A DNA stretch of 64,000 nt from Sedimenticola sp. (GCA_027068915.1 JAMOLT010000041.1:977-64976), one strand, 5' to 3'. Positions 1-9,323 are shown, numbered from the stretch's first letter. Translations and numbers: made by a program. Notes: generated by a model from the sequence alone, not told the origin.

Positions 1-243
1 CCCATATCTTGATGGAAAATTTAAAAAATTAAAGGACACCATCGTGAATATTACTCGCACAAGCACATATGCACTCATAGCACAAAAAATCACTTTCATG
101 AATAAGAGAATGGCACCTATTTTTCCCCAACTATTGCCGGCACCAAGCGCTTGAACTAAAAGCTCCCAAGAAATAACCATTTTTGAATTATCGGCAAACT
201 GCTCTTGATGGTAACTGGTAGGTATCTTGTTCCATTGGATCAT
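1..243 (-). CDS. possible partial AT-rich hydrophobic protein running off the left edge
   Basis: Manual translation from ATG at 243 stays open to base 1 (MIQWNKIPTSY...WGKIGAILLFMKVIFCAMSAYVLVRVIF...); no family recognised. Confidence 0.25.
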   Translation of the reverse strand, partial: MIQWNKIPTSYHQEQFADNSKMVISWELLVQALGAGNSWGKIGAILLFMKVIFCAMSAYVLVRVIFTMVSFNFLNFPSRYG

Positions 244-296
244 GTCAGAGCGTGAGCAAAAATTGCGATTGACAATTGAAGGACAAACCCTCAAAA

Positions 297-325
297 TTTG
301 CCCCACTTTGCCCCACTTTGCGCCA
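297..325 (+). repeat. tandem TTTGCCCCAC x2 plus a third imperfect copy overlapping the tRNA 5' end
   Basis: tttgccccac tttgccccac tttgcgcca read directly. Confidence 0.8.
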
Positions 326-396
326 GTAGCTCAGCTGGATAGAGTACTCGGCTACGAACCGAGCGGTCGGAGGTTCGAATCCTTCCTGGCGCGCCA
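320..396 (+). tRNA. tRNA-Arg(ACG)
   Basis: 77-nt cloverleaf GCGCCAG...CTGGCGC-GCCA; D-loop AGCTGGATAG; anticodon loop CT-ACG-AA; T-loop GGTTCGAATCC; encoded CCA. Confidence 0.98.
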
Positions 397-405
397 TATC
401 CCGGA

Positions 406-432
406 AAGCCCACCAAACGGTGGGCTTTTTTT
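406..432 (+). terminator. intrinsic terminator after tRNA-Arg
   Basis: aagcccacc-aaac-ggtgggctt followed by a T-run. Confidence 0.85.
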
Positions 433-525
433 GTGTATTTGGAGTTGGCACATTCGAACCTCCGACTCAAAAGGCCGGTTCGACAAGCGCCGACAGGTGC
501 GCAGCATGAGTGCGTTGCGTGAATC

Positions 526-580
526 ATCCTTCCTGGTGCGCCATATCCCGGAAAGTTCACCAAACGGTGGGCTTTTTTGT
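526..580 (+). repeat. direct-repeat copy of the tRNA-Arg 3' end plus terminator (first copy 379-434)
   Basis: atccttcctgg(c/t)gcgccatatcccggaaag(cc/tt)caccaaacggtgggctttttt repeated 147 bp downstream. Confidence 0.92.
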
Positions 581-651
581 TTGTGTAAAAACGGGATTCA
601 AGCCGTTATACTCAGTGATCACCGCGATTACTACAACAGCCGGGTTTTGGG

Positions 652-1218
652 ATGAACGAAGAAAATGTGGAGAAGATGGCTGCCTGCTATCACGATATCA
701 TTGAAGGTGTTGGGGAAGATATAAGCAGGGAAGGCTTGCTGAAAACCCCCATGCGCGCCGCCAAGGCCATGGAGTTTTTGACTCAGGGTTACGGGCAGTC
801 CCTGGAGGATATCGTTAACGATGCAATTTTCCCGTCAGAGAATGACGAAATGGTTATCGTCAAGGATATTGAACTCTATTCCCTCTGTGAGCACCATATG
901 TTGCCATTTATCGGCAAGGCACATGTTGCCTATCTGCCGAAAGGAAAAGTGATTGGCTTGTCCAAGATTGCCCGAATCGTGGATATGTACGCCCGGCGCC
1001 TGCAGATTCAGGAGCAGCTTACCACCCAGATCGCTTATGCCATCCAGAATGCGATCGGCGCGGCGGGAGTTGCAGTGGTGATTGAGGCTTCTCACTTGTG
1101 CATGATGATGCGTGGGGTGCAAAAACAGAATTCTTCCACCACCACTTCCATGATGTTGGGGGCATTCAGGAACAATCACCGCACCAGGGATGAATTTCTT
1201 ACCCTGATCAAATTGTAA
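652..1218 (+). CDS. folE: GTP cyclohydrolase I
   Basis: [39 protein letters not shown] motifs. Confidence 0.97.
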   Translation: MNEENVEKMAACYHDIIEGVGEDISREGLLKTPMRAAKAMEFLTQGYGQSLEDIVNDAIFPSENDEMVIVKDIELYSLCEHHMLPFIGKAHVAYLPKGKVIGLSKIARIVDMYARRLQIQEQLTTQIAYAIQNAIGAAGVAVVIEASHLCMMMRGVQKQNSSTTTSMMLGAFRNNHRTRDEFLTLIKL

Positions 1219-1568
1219 TGGTAACCATCCGTATAAAAAATCTGCGCTTGCGTACCTACATCGGTTTTAATGATGAAGAAATGCGCAAACGCCAGGATGT
1301 GGTGGTGAATGTGCGCTTCAGCTATGAGGCTGATGAAGCCGCTGAAACTGACGACGTTAAATATGCGGTGAACTACCGCACCATAACCAAGGAAATCATT
1401 GCGTTTGTCGAAGATGGGCGCTTCATGTTGCTGGAAAGGCTGGCGGCGGATGTCCTGGATCTGGTGATGAGGCATGAGACGATTTCCTCGGCGGAGGTAG
1501 AGGTGGACAAGCCCAACGCCCTGCGTTTTTCCGATTCGGTCTCCGCCGTTCTTCGTGCGCAGCGGTAG
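1218..1568 (+). CDS. folX: dihydroneopterin triphosphate 2'-epimerase (FolB/FolX family)
   Basis: IRIKNLRLRTYIG, NYRTITK, LLERL, VDKPNALRFSDSVS; coupled to folE. Confidence 0.9.
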   Translation: MVTIRIKNLRLRTYIGFNDEEMRKRQDVVVNVRFSYEADEAAETDDVKYAVNYRTITKEIIAFVEDGRFMLLERLAADVLDLVMRHETISSAEVEVDKPNALRFSDSVSAVLRAQR

Positions 1569-1594
1569 CTGGTTTCCTGTTGCTGGAGAGGCAG

Positions 1595-1777
1595 ATGATA
1601 CGTGATGCGTTATTGGTGAAGCTGTCTTTCTGGCTGATTGTAATCGGCGCGTTTGCATTGCTTACGCCCCAACCGGCCTGGCCGGAATGGCTGGCGCGCA
1701 TGATCCTTTCCACAGGTGTTGCTCTGGGAATTACCACTGTAATTGTCAAATTCAGGGAAAGCAGAAAAAAACGCTGA
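1595..1777 (+). CDS. small two-TM membrane protein
   Basis: GGAGAG before ATG 1595; two hydrophobic segments and a basic C-terminus. Confidence 0.6.
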   Translation: MIRDALLVKLSFWLIVIGAFALLTPQPAWPEWLARMILSTGVALGITTVIVKFRESRKKR

Positions 1778-1811
1778 GTGGTGCCGGGTTCACGACTTGA
1801 TCAGAGCTTCC

Positions 1812-2522
1812 TTACGTTGCAGTGAGCTGTTTCTGCCGCTGCAGATAGTCCTCTACAATGCTTTGCATGTGTTCTGCGTTGTATGGACGAAGCCCACTCA
1901 AGACCATGTTTTTTTTGCCTTTTCCGATAACTTCGCCATCATCATGAAGGCTGAATAGCAGCTGCACTTCGCCCCGTTTTCTTTCGATGTTGAAGTGGGT
2001 GCCCGACAGTTTCAGTTCGGGATTGGTGATGTCCAGGCGATCCAGATGTATCTCCATGCTTTCATAGATGATCAGCGGGCGGCCAGGATTGATCATCACG
2101 CTGTGCGCCTCCATGAGTGGCACAAGAACATAAGGAAAGGCATGGCCGGAAAAGGCGACATAGGCTTCAACAAGACGGTGGATGAGTGCTTTATCCTGGG
2201 TAAGGTTGCCTTGACGTTCAATTCGCAGGTAATCCTTGCCATTGTCGCCAGAGATAGTAATTTCATCTGTTGCACTGTCCGGAAAATGCAGTTTAATGTT
2301 ATCGCCTACCATTCCGGAAAAGACAAAGCGCATATTCTGGCTAAGTCCATACTGGTTGAGCACCAGGCCAAATAGCAAATCACCCGGCACACAGAAGCGC
2401 TTGGAGTCGATATCATGCAGGGGGTTGAAGTCGTTGGCGATTTTCTTGGCGAAATCGCTGGCTTGCTGTCGGGACACCTGTATGTTGTTGTTCTCTATTT
2501 TGTAGTGGTTTTCTAGTATCAT
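1812..2522 (-). CDS. DUF3581-like conserved protein (probable hotdog-type fold)
   Basis: QQASDFAKKIANDFNPLHD..KRFCVPGDLLF recalled as the DUF3581 signature; start trimmed to MILENHY. Confidence 0.75.
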   Translation of the reverse strand: MILENHYKIENNNIQVSRQQASDFAKKIANDFNPLHDIDSKRFCVPGDLLFGLVLNQYGLSQNMRFVFSGMVGDNIKLHFPDSATDEITISGDNGKDYLRIERQGNLTQDKALIHRLVEAYVAFSGHAFPYVLVPLMEAHSVMINPGRPLIIYESMEIHLDRLDITNPELKLSGTHFNIERKRGEVQLLFSLHDDGEVIGKGKKNMVLSGLRPYNAEHMQSIVEDYLQRQKQLTAT

Positions 2523-2528
2523 CTGGGT

Positions 2529-3389
2529 TTGTCCCGCCACAATCTGGCGTTGAATTTTATCAGGAATCCCGTTTTGTTTTCAGTATTGTTCAAAAGGAAG
2601 CCACCGCTGGATGAGGCATCCGTGCTGTGGCTGTTCGATGTGTTTGGCTGGTCCTTCCGAAATTTTTCGCCTGCGGTGTTCTACCAGCAAAGCAGCCTGG
2701 TTCTTCCGACTAACGATTTTTTCCCCGGAAAAGTGGATAGCGTACAGGGAATGGCAGAGCTGGTCTTCGAGCGCGTTGCCGAATACGCAGGCATGGGGCA
2801 CTGGCCATGGCAGGTAGTGGAGCAATCTCATTGTTATCTGGAAAAAAATGCAATGCTCCCGGTGGGAGCAGGCCAGGCTTTCCCGGGTGGCAGGCGGATG
2901 ATCCTGGCCAATGAGCAGGTATTGCCGGTCATTTACGACATGAGGCACATCAATAACCCGGAGACCCTGATTGCCGGTTTTGCGCACAGGTTGGGGCAGT
3001 ACCTTGGGCATACCGCCAAGGAGCCTCCCCCCGGTGGAGTGGAAAACTGGCCGCAGGTAACCGAGGTGCTGGCTGTATATCTGGGATTTGGGCTGATGTT
3101 TGCCAATAGCGCCTTTGTTTTTCCACCCGGGGGGTGTGGCGGCTGCGGGACAGCTGTTTCCCGTGACAATGCGTTGTCCCAGTGGGACTATACCTATGCC
3201 CTGGCGTTGTTTGCCGTGCTGAAGGATATTCCTCCACGCCAGGTTCGCTCCCATCTCAAGAAATCCTTGCGTGGTTATTTCCAGCGTTGCGTTGCCGATA
3301 TTACTTCCCGGGAGCAATTGCTGGCGCGCCTCCAGGGTATGGTCGATGCCGGCGGGAAGCAGGTCTCCACGAACAGCATTCAGGCCTGA
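2529..3389 (+). CDS. conserved hypothetical protein with a degenerate zincin-like segment and GGCGGC motif
   Basis: 286-aa ORF; LIAGFAHRLGQY...EVLAVYLGFGLMFAN..GGCGGC; 14 bp before pqiA. Confidence 0.75.
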   Translation: MSRHNLALNFIRNPVLFSVLFKRKPPLDEASVLWLFDVFGWSFRNFSPAVFYQQSSLVLPTNDFFPGKVDSVQGMAELVFERVAEYAGMGHWPWQVVEQSHCYLEKNAMLPVGAGQAFPGGRRMILANEQVLPVIYDMRHINNPETLIAGFAHRLGQYLGHTAKEPPPGGVENWPQVTEVLAVYLGFGLMFANSAFVFPPGGCGGCGTAVSRDNALSQWDYTYALALFAVLKDIPPRQVRSHLKKSLRGYFQRCVADITSREQLLARLQGMVDAGGKQVSTNSIQA

Positions 3390-3403
3390 AGCTGGTAACA
3401 TTC

Positions 3404-4051
3404 ATGGACGAAGAGGTGTTGATGGCTTGCCAGGAATGCGATGCACTGCAGCGCGTTCCCTGGGTGCCTGCCGGCAAAAAGGTGCGCTGCCGGGGATGTG
3501 GGACAACTCTGTATCATCATCCGCGTGGCGGCCTGGATCGCCCCATTGCTTTGCTGCTCGGGGCGCTGGTGTTGTATGTGCTTGCCAACAGTTTTCCGCT
3601 GGTAACACTGGATATTGGTGGAGCCAGCCGGGAAACGTCATTGATCGGCACCGCCTGGGCGCTGTACAACCATGACATGAAATTATTGGGAATACTGGTG
3701 TTTCTTACCAGTCTTGCCGTGCCCGGAGCTATCCTGTTCAGTACCTTGTATGTACTTATGGGGTTGCGCCTGCAACGGAGCCTGCCGGGGCTGCGGCAGA
3801 TGCTGGCGCTGCTAAGCCATATCCACCCCTGGGAAATGGCGGATGTATTTGTGATCAGTATACTGGTGGCTCTGGTAAAAATGTCCGGAATGGCGGAGGT
3901 AATTATTGATGCAGGCCTGTACGCCCTGATTGGTTACATATTGTTGGGCATAGCTGCCAGTGCCAGCATTGATGTTTTTGTTCTTTGGCGTCGGCTGGAG
4001 AGGATTGATCATTTTTTACAGGGGAAGCTATCTTTTGAGGCCGGAAAATGA
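3404..4051 (+). CDS. pqiA: paraquat-inducible protein A, N-terminal half (PqiA family)
   Basis: CQECD...CRGC Zn-ribbon, TM helices, PWEMADVF motif; start trimmed to MDEEV. Confidence 0.9.
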   Translation: MDEEVLMACQECDALQRVPWVPAGKKVRCRGCGTTLYHHPRGGLDRPIALLLGALVLYVLANSFPLVTLDIGGASRETSLIGTAWALYNHDMKLLGILVFLTSLAVPGAILFSTLYVLMGLRLQRSLPGLRQMLALLSHIHPWEMADVFVISILVALVKMSGMAEVIIDAGLYALIGYILLGIAASASIDVFVLWRRLERIDHFLQGKLSFEAGK

Positions 4052-4674
4052 CGGTTTTGCTTCGTGCGAAGCCTTTAGGGCTGGCCAGCTGCGGGATTTG
4101 CCGACAGGTTGTGCGCCTGTCATTGCCGTCCGCAACTCAGCCGAAGTGCCCTCGCTGTGGAGGAAGAGTGCATTCGAGGTTGCCCCATAGCCTTGCCCGC
4201 ACCTGGGCATTCCTGATCGCTTCGATGATTCTTTACATTCCTGCCAACGTGTATCCGGTAATGAAAAACACCTACCTTGGCGCGGAAAGCAGTAATACCA
4301 TTCTGAGTGGCGTGGCTCTTTTTCTTAAAGAAGGGGATTGGCTTCTGGCATTCGTGATCTTTACTGCAAGCATTGTGGTGCCGTTGTTGAAGATGGTCAG
4401 TCTGTTGTATCTGCTGCTGAACGTGCGCAAGCCCCCTGTTGCGAGAAGAGCCAGGCAGCAGACGATATTGTACCGGGTGACAGAGTTGGTGGGGCGCTGG
4501 TCCATGGTAGATGTGTTTGTTATCGGCATTCTGACGGCACTGGTGCAGATGGGCGCCATCTCCACGGTAGAGCCGGGCATTGGTGCCATGGCATTTGGTG
4601 CGGTGGTTGTTTTGACCATGCTGGCGGCTATCAGTTTCGATCCGCGGCTTATTTGGGATCAGGAAAAACAATGA
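4048..4674 (+). CDS. pqiA: paraquat-inducible protein A, C-terminal half (PqiA family)
   Basis: CGIC..CPRC, YIPANVYP, GRWSMVDVFV, SFDPRLIWD. Confidence 0.93.
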   Translation: MTVLLRAKPLGLASCGICRQVVRLSLPSATQPKCPRCGGRVHSRLPHSLARTWAFLIASMILYIPANVYPVMKNTYLGAESSNTILSGVALFLKEGDWLLAFVIFTASIVVPLLKMVSLLYLLLNVRKPPVARRARQQTILYRVTELVGRWSMVDVFVIGILTALVQMGAISTVEPGIGAMAFGAVVVLTMLAAISFDPRLIWDQEKQ

Positions 4675-6374
4675 CGGAAGGGAATAGCAAGTTTGAGGAG
4701 TTGCCAGAGGCATTGGTGACTGCGGATCATCCGGGATTTTCATTTATCTGGCTGGTGCCTCTGGTGGCGTTGATCATTGGTGCGGTGCTTATCTACAAGG
4801 AATATTCCAGCTTGGGGCCGGTGGCTCATATCCAGTTCCAGAGTGCCGAGGGTCTGGCGCCGAAGAAAACCGAAATCAAATATCGTGATGTTGTGATTGG
4901 CAAGATAAAAACTGTTCAGTTTTCACAAGATCTTTCCCATGTGGTGGTGGAAGCGCAACTGAACAAGGGGATGGAAGTGTTGCTGTCGCCAAAAACCCGC
5001 TTCTGGGTGGTGCGACCGCGCATCGGAGCCACGGGCGCCAGCGGCATAAGCACCTTGTTCAGTGGTGCGTATATCGCCATGGATCCGGGCAATGGTGATG
5101 GTTATGCAGAAAGCTTTGTTGGCCTGGAAGAACCGCCAAAAATTCTGTCGGACGCCAAGGGACGCTCGTTCCGGCTGCGGGCCAACAGCTTGGGGTCCAT
5201 CTCTGTTGGCTCTCCGGTCTATCACCGTCAGATTCAGGTGGGAGAGGTCACGGGTTATCGCCTGGTTCCGGATCAGGGCTATGTGGCGCTGGATGTCTTC
5301 ATCAATGCACCAAATGACAAGCTGGTGCGCCGCAACACGCGCTTCTGGAACGTGTCCGGCATGGATATGGAGGTATCCGGCAGCGGACTCAAGGTGGAGT
5401 TGGAATCCCTGGTGTCCCTGCTCGCCGGCGGCGTGGCTTTCGATGCCTCTCTGACGCTGGGAGACGATCAGCCCGCTGCCGAGGGAACGATTTTCCAGCT
5501 GTATGCATCCAGAACAGAAAGCCAGGAAAGAACCGGCCAGTTGAGTTTGCCCTATGTGCTGTATTTCGATGATTCCGTGCGCGGCCTTTCCATAGGGGCT
5601 CCCGTGGAGTTTCGTGGTATTCCCGTGGGCAAGGTGCTGGATGTTTCGCTGGAGAAAAATGCAACGGATGGGCTGGTGCGCATCGCCGTGCTGGTGGGTC
5701 TGGAACCCGAGCTCGTTCCTTTTGGAAACAAGGATCCAGCTTCTGACCAGGAAATGCACAAGGCATTTTTTCAGGAAACTCTGGAAAAAATGGTGACCAA
5801 GGGTCTGCGTGCGCGCTTGATGATGGGGAATCTGCTGAGCGGGCAACTGATTGTGGATATGGATTTCGACCCGGAAGCCGGAATTGCGTCCATTGATTAT
5901 TCCGGGAAATACCCGGTGTTGCCCACCACCCCTGGCTCCCTGTCCAGTATCACCAACAGTCTGGTCGCCATTTTGGGCAAACTCAAGCGCCTGCCCCTGG
6001 AAGAAATGGGTGCACATTTTCTCAATGTAAGCGAAGGGTTGGACGCGTTGGTGAATGATGCTACCTTGCAGGATTCTCTGCAGAACCTGTCTCTGGTGCT
6101 GCAGCGCGCCGACCGGATACTGTCGGTAGTGGAAAACAAGACATCACCTTTCATGAATGAAATCACCAGCCTGAGCATGGATGCCAGGAAGATGGTGCAA
6201 CAAGCGGAGCGAACTCTCGATGAGCTGGCAAAAACAACCTCGGATCAGGGCAGCATGGGTGGCGAGCTGATCAATACCATGCGAGAGCTGGCGGCCGCAG
6301 CACGAGCGGTGAAGGGGGTTGCCGATTATCTTGAGCGGCACCCGGAAGCATTGTTGCAGGGGAAAGCGCGTTAG
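4671..6374 (+). CDS. pqiB: PqiB intermembrane transport protein (three MCE domains plus helical stalk)
   Basis: IWLVPLVALIIG anchor, TRFWVVRPRIG, GSPVYHRQIQVGEV, GAPVEFRGIPVGKV, YLERHPEALLQGK. Confidence 0.95.
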   Translation: MTEGNSKFEELPEALVTADHPGFSFIWLVPLVALIIGAVLIYKEYSSLGPVAHIQFQSAEGLAPKKTEIKYRDVVIGKIKTVQFSQDLSHVVVEAQLNKGMEVLLSPKTRFWVVRPRIGATGASGISTLFSGAYIAMDPGNGDGYAESFVGLEEPPKILSDAKGRSFRLRANSLGSISVGSPVYHRQIQVGEVTGYRLVPDQGYVALDVFINAPNDKLVRRNTRFWNVSGMDMEVSGSGLKVELESLVSLLAGGVAFDASLTLGDDQPAAEGTIFQLYASRTESQERTGQLSLPYVLYFDDSVRGLSIGAPVEFRGIPVGKVLDVSLEKNATDGLVRIAVLVGLEPELVPFGNKDPASDQEMHKAFFQETLEKMVTKGLRARLMMGNLLSGQLIVDMDFDPEAGIASIDYSGKYPVLPTTPGSLSSITNSLVAILGKLKRLPLEEMGAHFLNVSEGLDALVNDATLQDSLQNLSLVLQRADRILSVVENKTSPFMNEITSLSMDARKMVQQAERTLDELAKTTSDQGSMGGELINTMRELAAAARAVKGVADYLERHPEALLQGKAR

Positions 6375-6408
6375 CAGGATGTTGAAAACGCCGTTTTTCA
6401 ACATCCTG
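6375..6408. repeat. perfect 14-bp inverted repeat filling the gap between convergent stop codons; probable bidirectional terminator or minimal MITE
   Basis: CAGGATGTTGAAAA-cgccgt-TTTTCAACATCCTG, directly between pqiB TAG and fbpC TGA. Confidence 0.85.
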
Positions 6409-7503
6409 TCAGGAGAACGATTGGCAAATGCTGCTGTCTCCAGTTGAGCTGGCGGCCTGTTCCTGCGGAAACACCACCAAATGATCGAACTCCAGGCGGA
6501 TGCCGATGGTTTCCCCAATGCTGTGCTTGTGGTGGCTGGGCGCCAGGCACAACACCTTGATGCCGCTTGGCATGCGCAAGGTGTAAAGAAATTCCGAGCC
6601 GCGAAACGCCCGTTCTGAGACCACGGCGGTTTCCCCTGCTGCATCGTCATGGACGATATCGTCCGGGCGGATCAGCACGTCCACCTTGCAGCCGGGCTTG
6701 CAGCCTTTTGGCACCATTCCCTGTATGGCGCCCAGTTCGGTAGTCACGCTGCCGGGGCTTTCGACGACCCCGGGGATCAGGACGCCCTCGCCGATAAAAC
6801 CCGCCACGAAGCGATTGGCGGGTTTGTGGTAGAGGTTGTAGGCGCTGTCCTGTTGCTGGATGCGCCCCTTGTCCATTACACAGATCTCATCCGCCATGGC
6901 GAAGGCTTCCTGCTGGTCGTGGGTAACGAGGATTGCGGTGATGTTTTCCTGCCGGAGGATGTTGCGCACTTCCTGCGCCAGTTGCTCCCGCAATTCCACG
7001 TCCAGGCTGGAAAAAGGCTCATCCAGAAGCAGCATGGAGGGCCGGGGCGCCATGGCGCGGGCCAGGGCCACGCGTTGCTGCTGCCCCCCGGACAACTGGT
7101 GCGGATAGGCTTTCGCCAGGTCGCGCATGCCGATCATGTCCAGTAGTTGGGATATGCGCTGTTGTTGTTCCTTGCGGCGCCAGCCTTTGAGCGCAAAACG
7201 GATATTGCCGCTGACGGTCATGTTGGGAAACAGGGCGAAATCCTGAAAGACCATGCCGATCTGGCGTTGCTCTGGTGGCAGATGGTGATCTTCATCACTT
7301 ATCTGTTGCCTGTCTACCGAGATATGTCCGCTGGAGAGAGGCTCAAAACCGGCAATGGCTCGCAGTACCGTGGTCTTGCCGCAACCGCTGGGCCCCAGAA
7401 GGCAGCCGATGCTGCCTCTCGCCAGAGAAAATGAAAGCTTCCGCACAATCTCCTTGTCTCCGTAGCGTACACTGATCTGGCTTACTTCCAGTTTCGGCTG
7501 CAT
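6409..7503 (-). CDS. fbpC: Fe3+ ABC transporter ATP-binding protein
   Basis: GPSGCGKTT, LSGGQQQR, LLLDEP, C-terminal TOBE region; in operon with fbpAB. Confidence 0.9.
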   Translation of the reverse strand: MQPKLEVSQISVRYGDKEIVRKLSFSLARGSIGCLLGPSGCGKTTVLRAIAGFEPLSSGHISVDRQQISDEDHHLPPEQRQIGMVFQDFALFPNMTVSGNIRFALKGWRRKEQQQRISQLLDMIGMRDLAKAYPHQLSGGQQQRVALARAMAPRPSMLLLDEPFSSLDVELREQLAQEVRNILRQENITAILVTHDQQEAFAMADEICVMDKGRIQQQDSAYNLYHKPANRFVAGFIGEGVLIPGVVESPGSVTTELGAIQGMVPKGCKPGCKVDVLIRPDDIVHDDAAGETAVVSERAFRGSEFLYTLRMPSGIKVLCLAPSHHKHSIGETIGIRLEFDHLVVFPQEQAASSTGDSSICQSFS

Positions 7504-7507
7504 GAAT

Positions 7508-9163
7508 CTACCCCACTCTCGATTGGGAAATGCTTTTGCTCAGATACAGCACAGGCAGTATGCCGGTGGCCACGATCATCAGGGCGGCGGTGGAAGAGTC
7601 GGCCAGGCGCTCATCCGATGCCAGTTCGAAGGCGCGAACCGCCAGGGTGTTGAAATTGAATGGCCGGAGAATCAGGGTTGCCGGAAGTTCCTTCATGACA
7701 TCCACAAATACGATCAGCAGCGCCGTCAGCACGGAAGCCTTCATTAATGGCAGATGCACCTTGAATAAAATTTCCCGGGGGCGGTAGCCCAGGGAGCGGG
7801 CGGCGTCGTCCATGGAGGGCTTGATCTTTCCCAGGCCGGATTCCACGGTTTGCAGGCTTACCGCCAGGAAGCGCACGATATAGGCAAACAGCAGGGTAAA
7901 CAGGGTGCCGCTGAGCAGCAACCCCGTGGAGAAGTCGAAGTGATCCCGAAAAAAACTGTCGATACTGTTGTCCAGCCAGGCGAAGGGAATAATGATGCCA
8001 ATGGCAATGACGGCGCCGGGAACCGCATACCCAAGGGCGGTGATGCGGATGGCGACATGCACCGGCCGGGTTGCCAGCATGCGTTTGCCATAGGCAAGGA
8101 ACAGCGCCAGGAGCGCAGCCAGCAGGGATGCGGACAGGCCCAGCAACAGGGTGTTCAAGGTGAGGGTGACAAAACTGGCGTCGATCATTTCATCCCAGGT
8201 TTGCAGCGCCCAGGATGTCAATTGCGCCGCAGGCAGGAAGAACCCCAGAATTGCCGGCGCGGAGCAGGCGAGAAATGCCAGCAATGCCTTGTAACCGCTA
8301 AGCCGGTATTCCGGCAGTCTGCTGTATTTGTTGGAGGTGTGGTGATAGCGGGCCTGCCTGCGGGAAATGCGTTCCATCACTACCAGCACAAACACGAACA
8401 GCAGCAGCAGGGATGCCAGTTTGGCCGCCGCTACGCTGTCGCCCATACCGAACCAGGTGCGGAAAATGCCGGTGGTGAATACGCTCACGCCAAAGTAGGA
8501 TACCGTGCCGTAGTCGGCCAGGGTTTCCATCAGCGCCAGCGACAGACCCGCGATGATGGCCGGGCGGGCAAGGGGCAACGCCACCCGGAAGAAACTGCAC
8601 CAGGCGCCGCAACCCAGGGTGCGGCTCACTTCCAGCACACAAATCGATTGTTCCAGAAAGGCGGCGCGGGCAAGGAGGTAAACATAGGGATAGAGCACCA
8701 GGGAAAGCATGATGATGGCGCCTCCCAGGGAACGTATTTCCGGAAAATAGTAGTCGCCATATCCCCAGCCGGTTAACTCCCGTATCCAGGTTTGCACCGG
8801 CCCGGCGAAATCGAACATCCCCGTGTAGGTATAGGCGATGATATAGGCCGGCATGGCCAGGGGCAGCAGCAGCATCCAGGTAAACAGCGTTTTGCCGGGA
8901 AACCGGCACATGGCGGTCAGCCAGGCGGTTGAAACGCCGATGAGCAATGTGCCGGTGGCGACCCCCATGGCCAGCAGGGCGGAGTTGCCCAGGTACTCGG
9001 AAAGTACGGTGTCCTTGAGATGTTGCCAGTTTTCGCTGCTGGGTCCGAACAGAAAGCCGGTGATGGTGAGTACGGGAATACTGAGCAACAACGCCAGCAG
9101 CAGTATTCCGGGCTGCCATAGCCGGCCGGAAATTCCGCGGCTGTCTGGCAGCCTAGCCCGCAT
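7508..9163 (-). CDS. fbpB: Fe3+ ABC transporter permease
   Basis: two EAA-type loops (EVSRTLG, DAARSLG), KELPATLILRPFNFNTLA. Confidence 0.92.
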   Translation of the reverse strand: MRARLPDSRGISGRLWQPGILLLALLLSIPVLTITGFLFGPSSENWQHLKDTVLSEYLGNSALLAMGVATGTLLIGVSTAWLTAMCRFPGKTLFTWMLLLPLAMPAYIIAYTYTGMFDFAGPVQTWIRELTGWGYGDYYFPEIRSLGGAIIMLSLVLYPYVYLLARAAFLEQSICVLEVSRTLGCGAWCSFFRVALPLARPAIIAGLSLALMETLADYGTVSYFGVSVFTTGIFRTWFGMGDSVAAAKLASLLLLFVFVLVVMERISRRQARYHHTSNKYSRLPEYRLSGYKALLAFLACSAPAILGFFLPAAQLTSWALQTWDEMIDASFVTLTLNTLLLGLSASLLAALLALFLAYGKRMLATRPVHVAIRITALGYAVPGAVIAIGIIIPFAWLDNSIDSFFRDHFDFSTGLLLSGTLFTLLFAYIVRFLAVSLQTVESGLGKIKPSMDDAARSLGYRPREILFKVHLPLMKASVLTALLIVFVDVMKELPATLILRPFNFNTLAVRAFELASDERLADSSTAALMIVATGILPVLYLSKSISQSRVG

Positions 9164-9323
9164 TTTTCACCGGAGTCCGGGATTTCCGGTCGATCCGGCA
9201 GCCCGAACAGGACAGGATGAAGAGGCCGGAGATGGCCTGGCTATTGGTAACAGACGCAATCATCGGTCTTTTTTCCATAACAGGCATCCGGTGCGGTGAG
9301 AAATACGGGCTGGACGCAAGGAC

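Noticed and set aside
3404-4674. Split pqiA as a frameshifted pseudogene
   Set aside because: Each half has its own Zn-ribbon and start codon with an ATGA overlap; two-gene pqiA is a common natural arrangement.
9164-9323. GGA-rich fbpA-fbpB spacer as a CsrB/RsmZ-like sRNA
   Set aside because: There are only a few CAGGA motifs, antisense to the operon, with no promoter or terminator evident.
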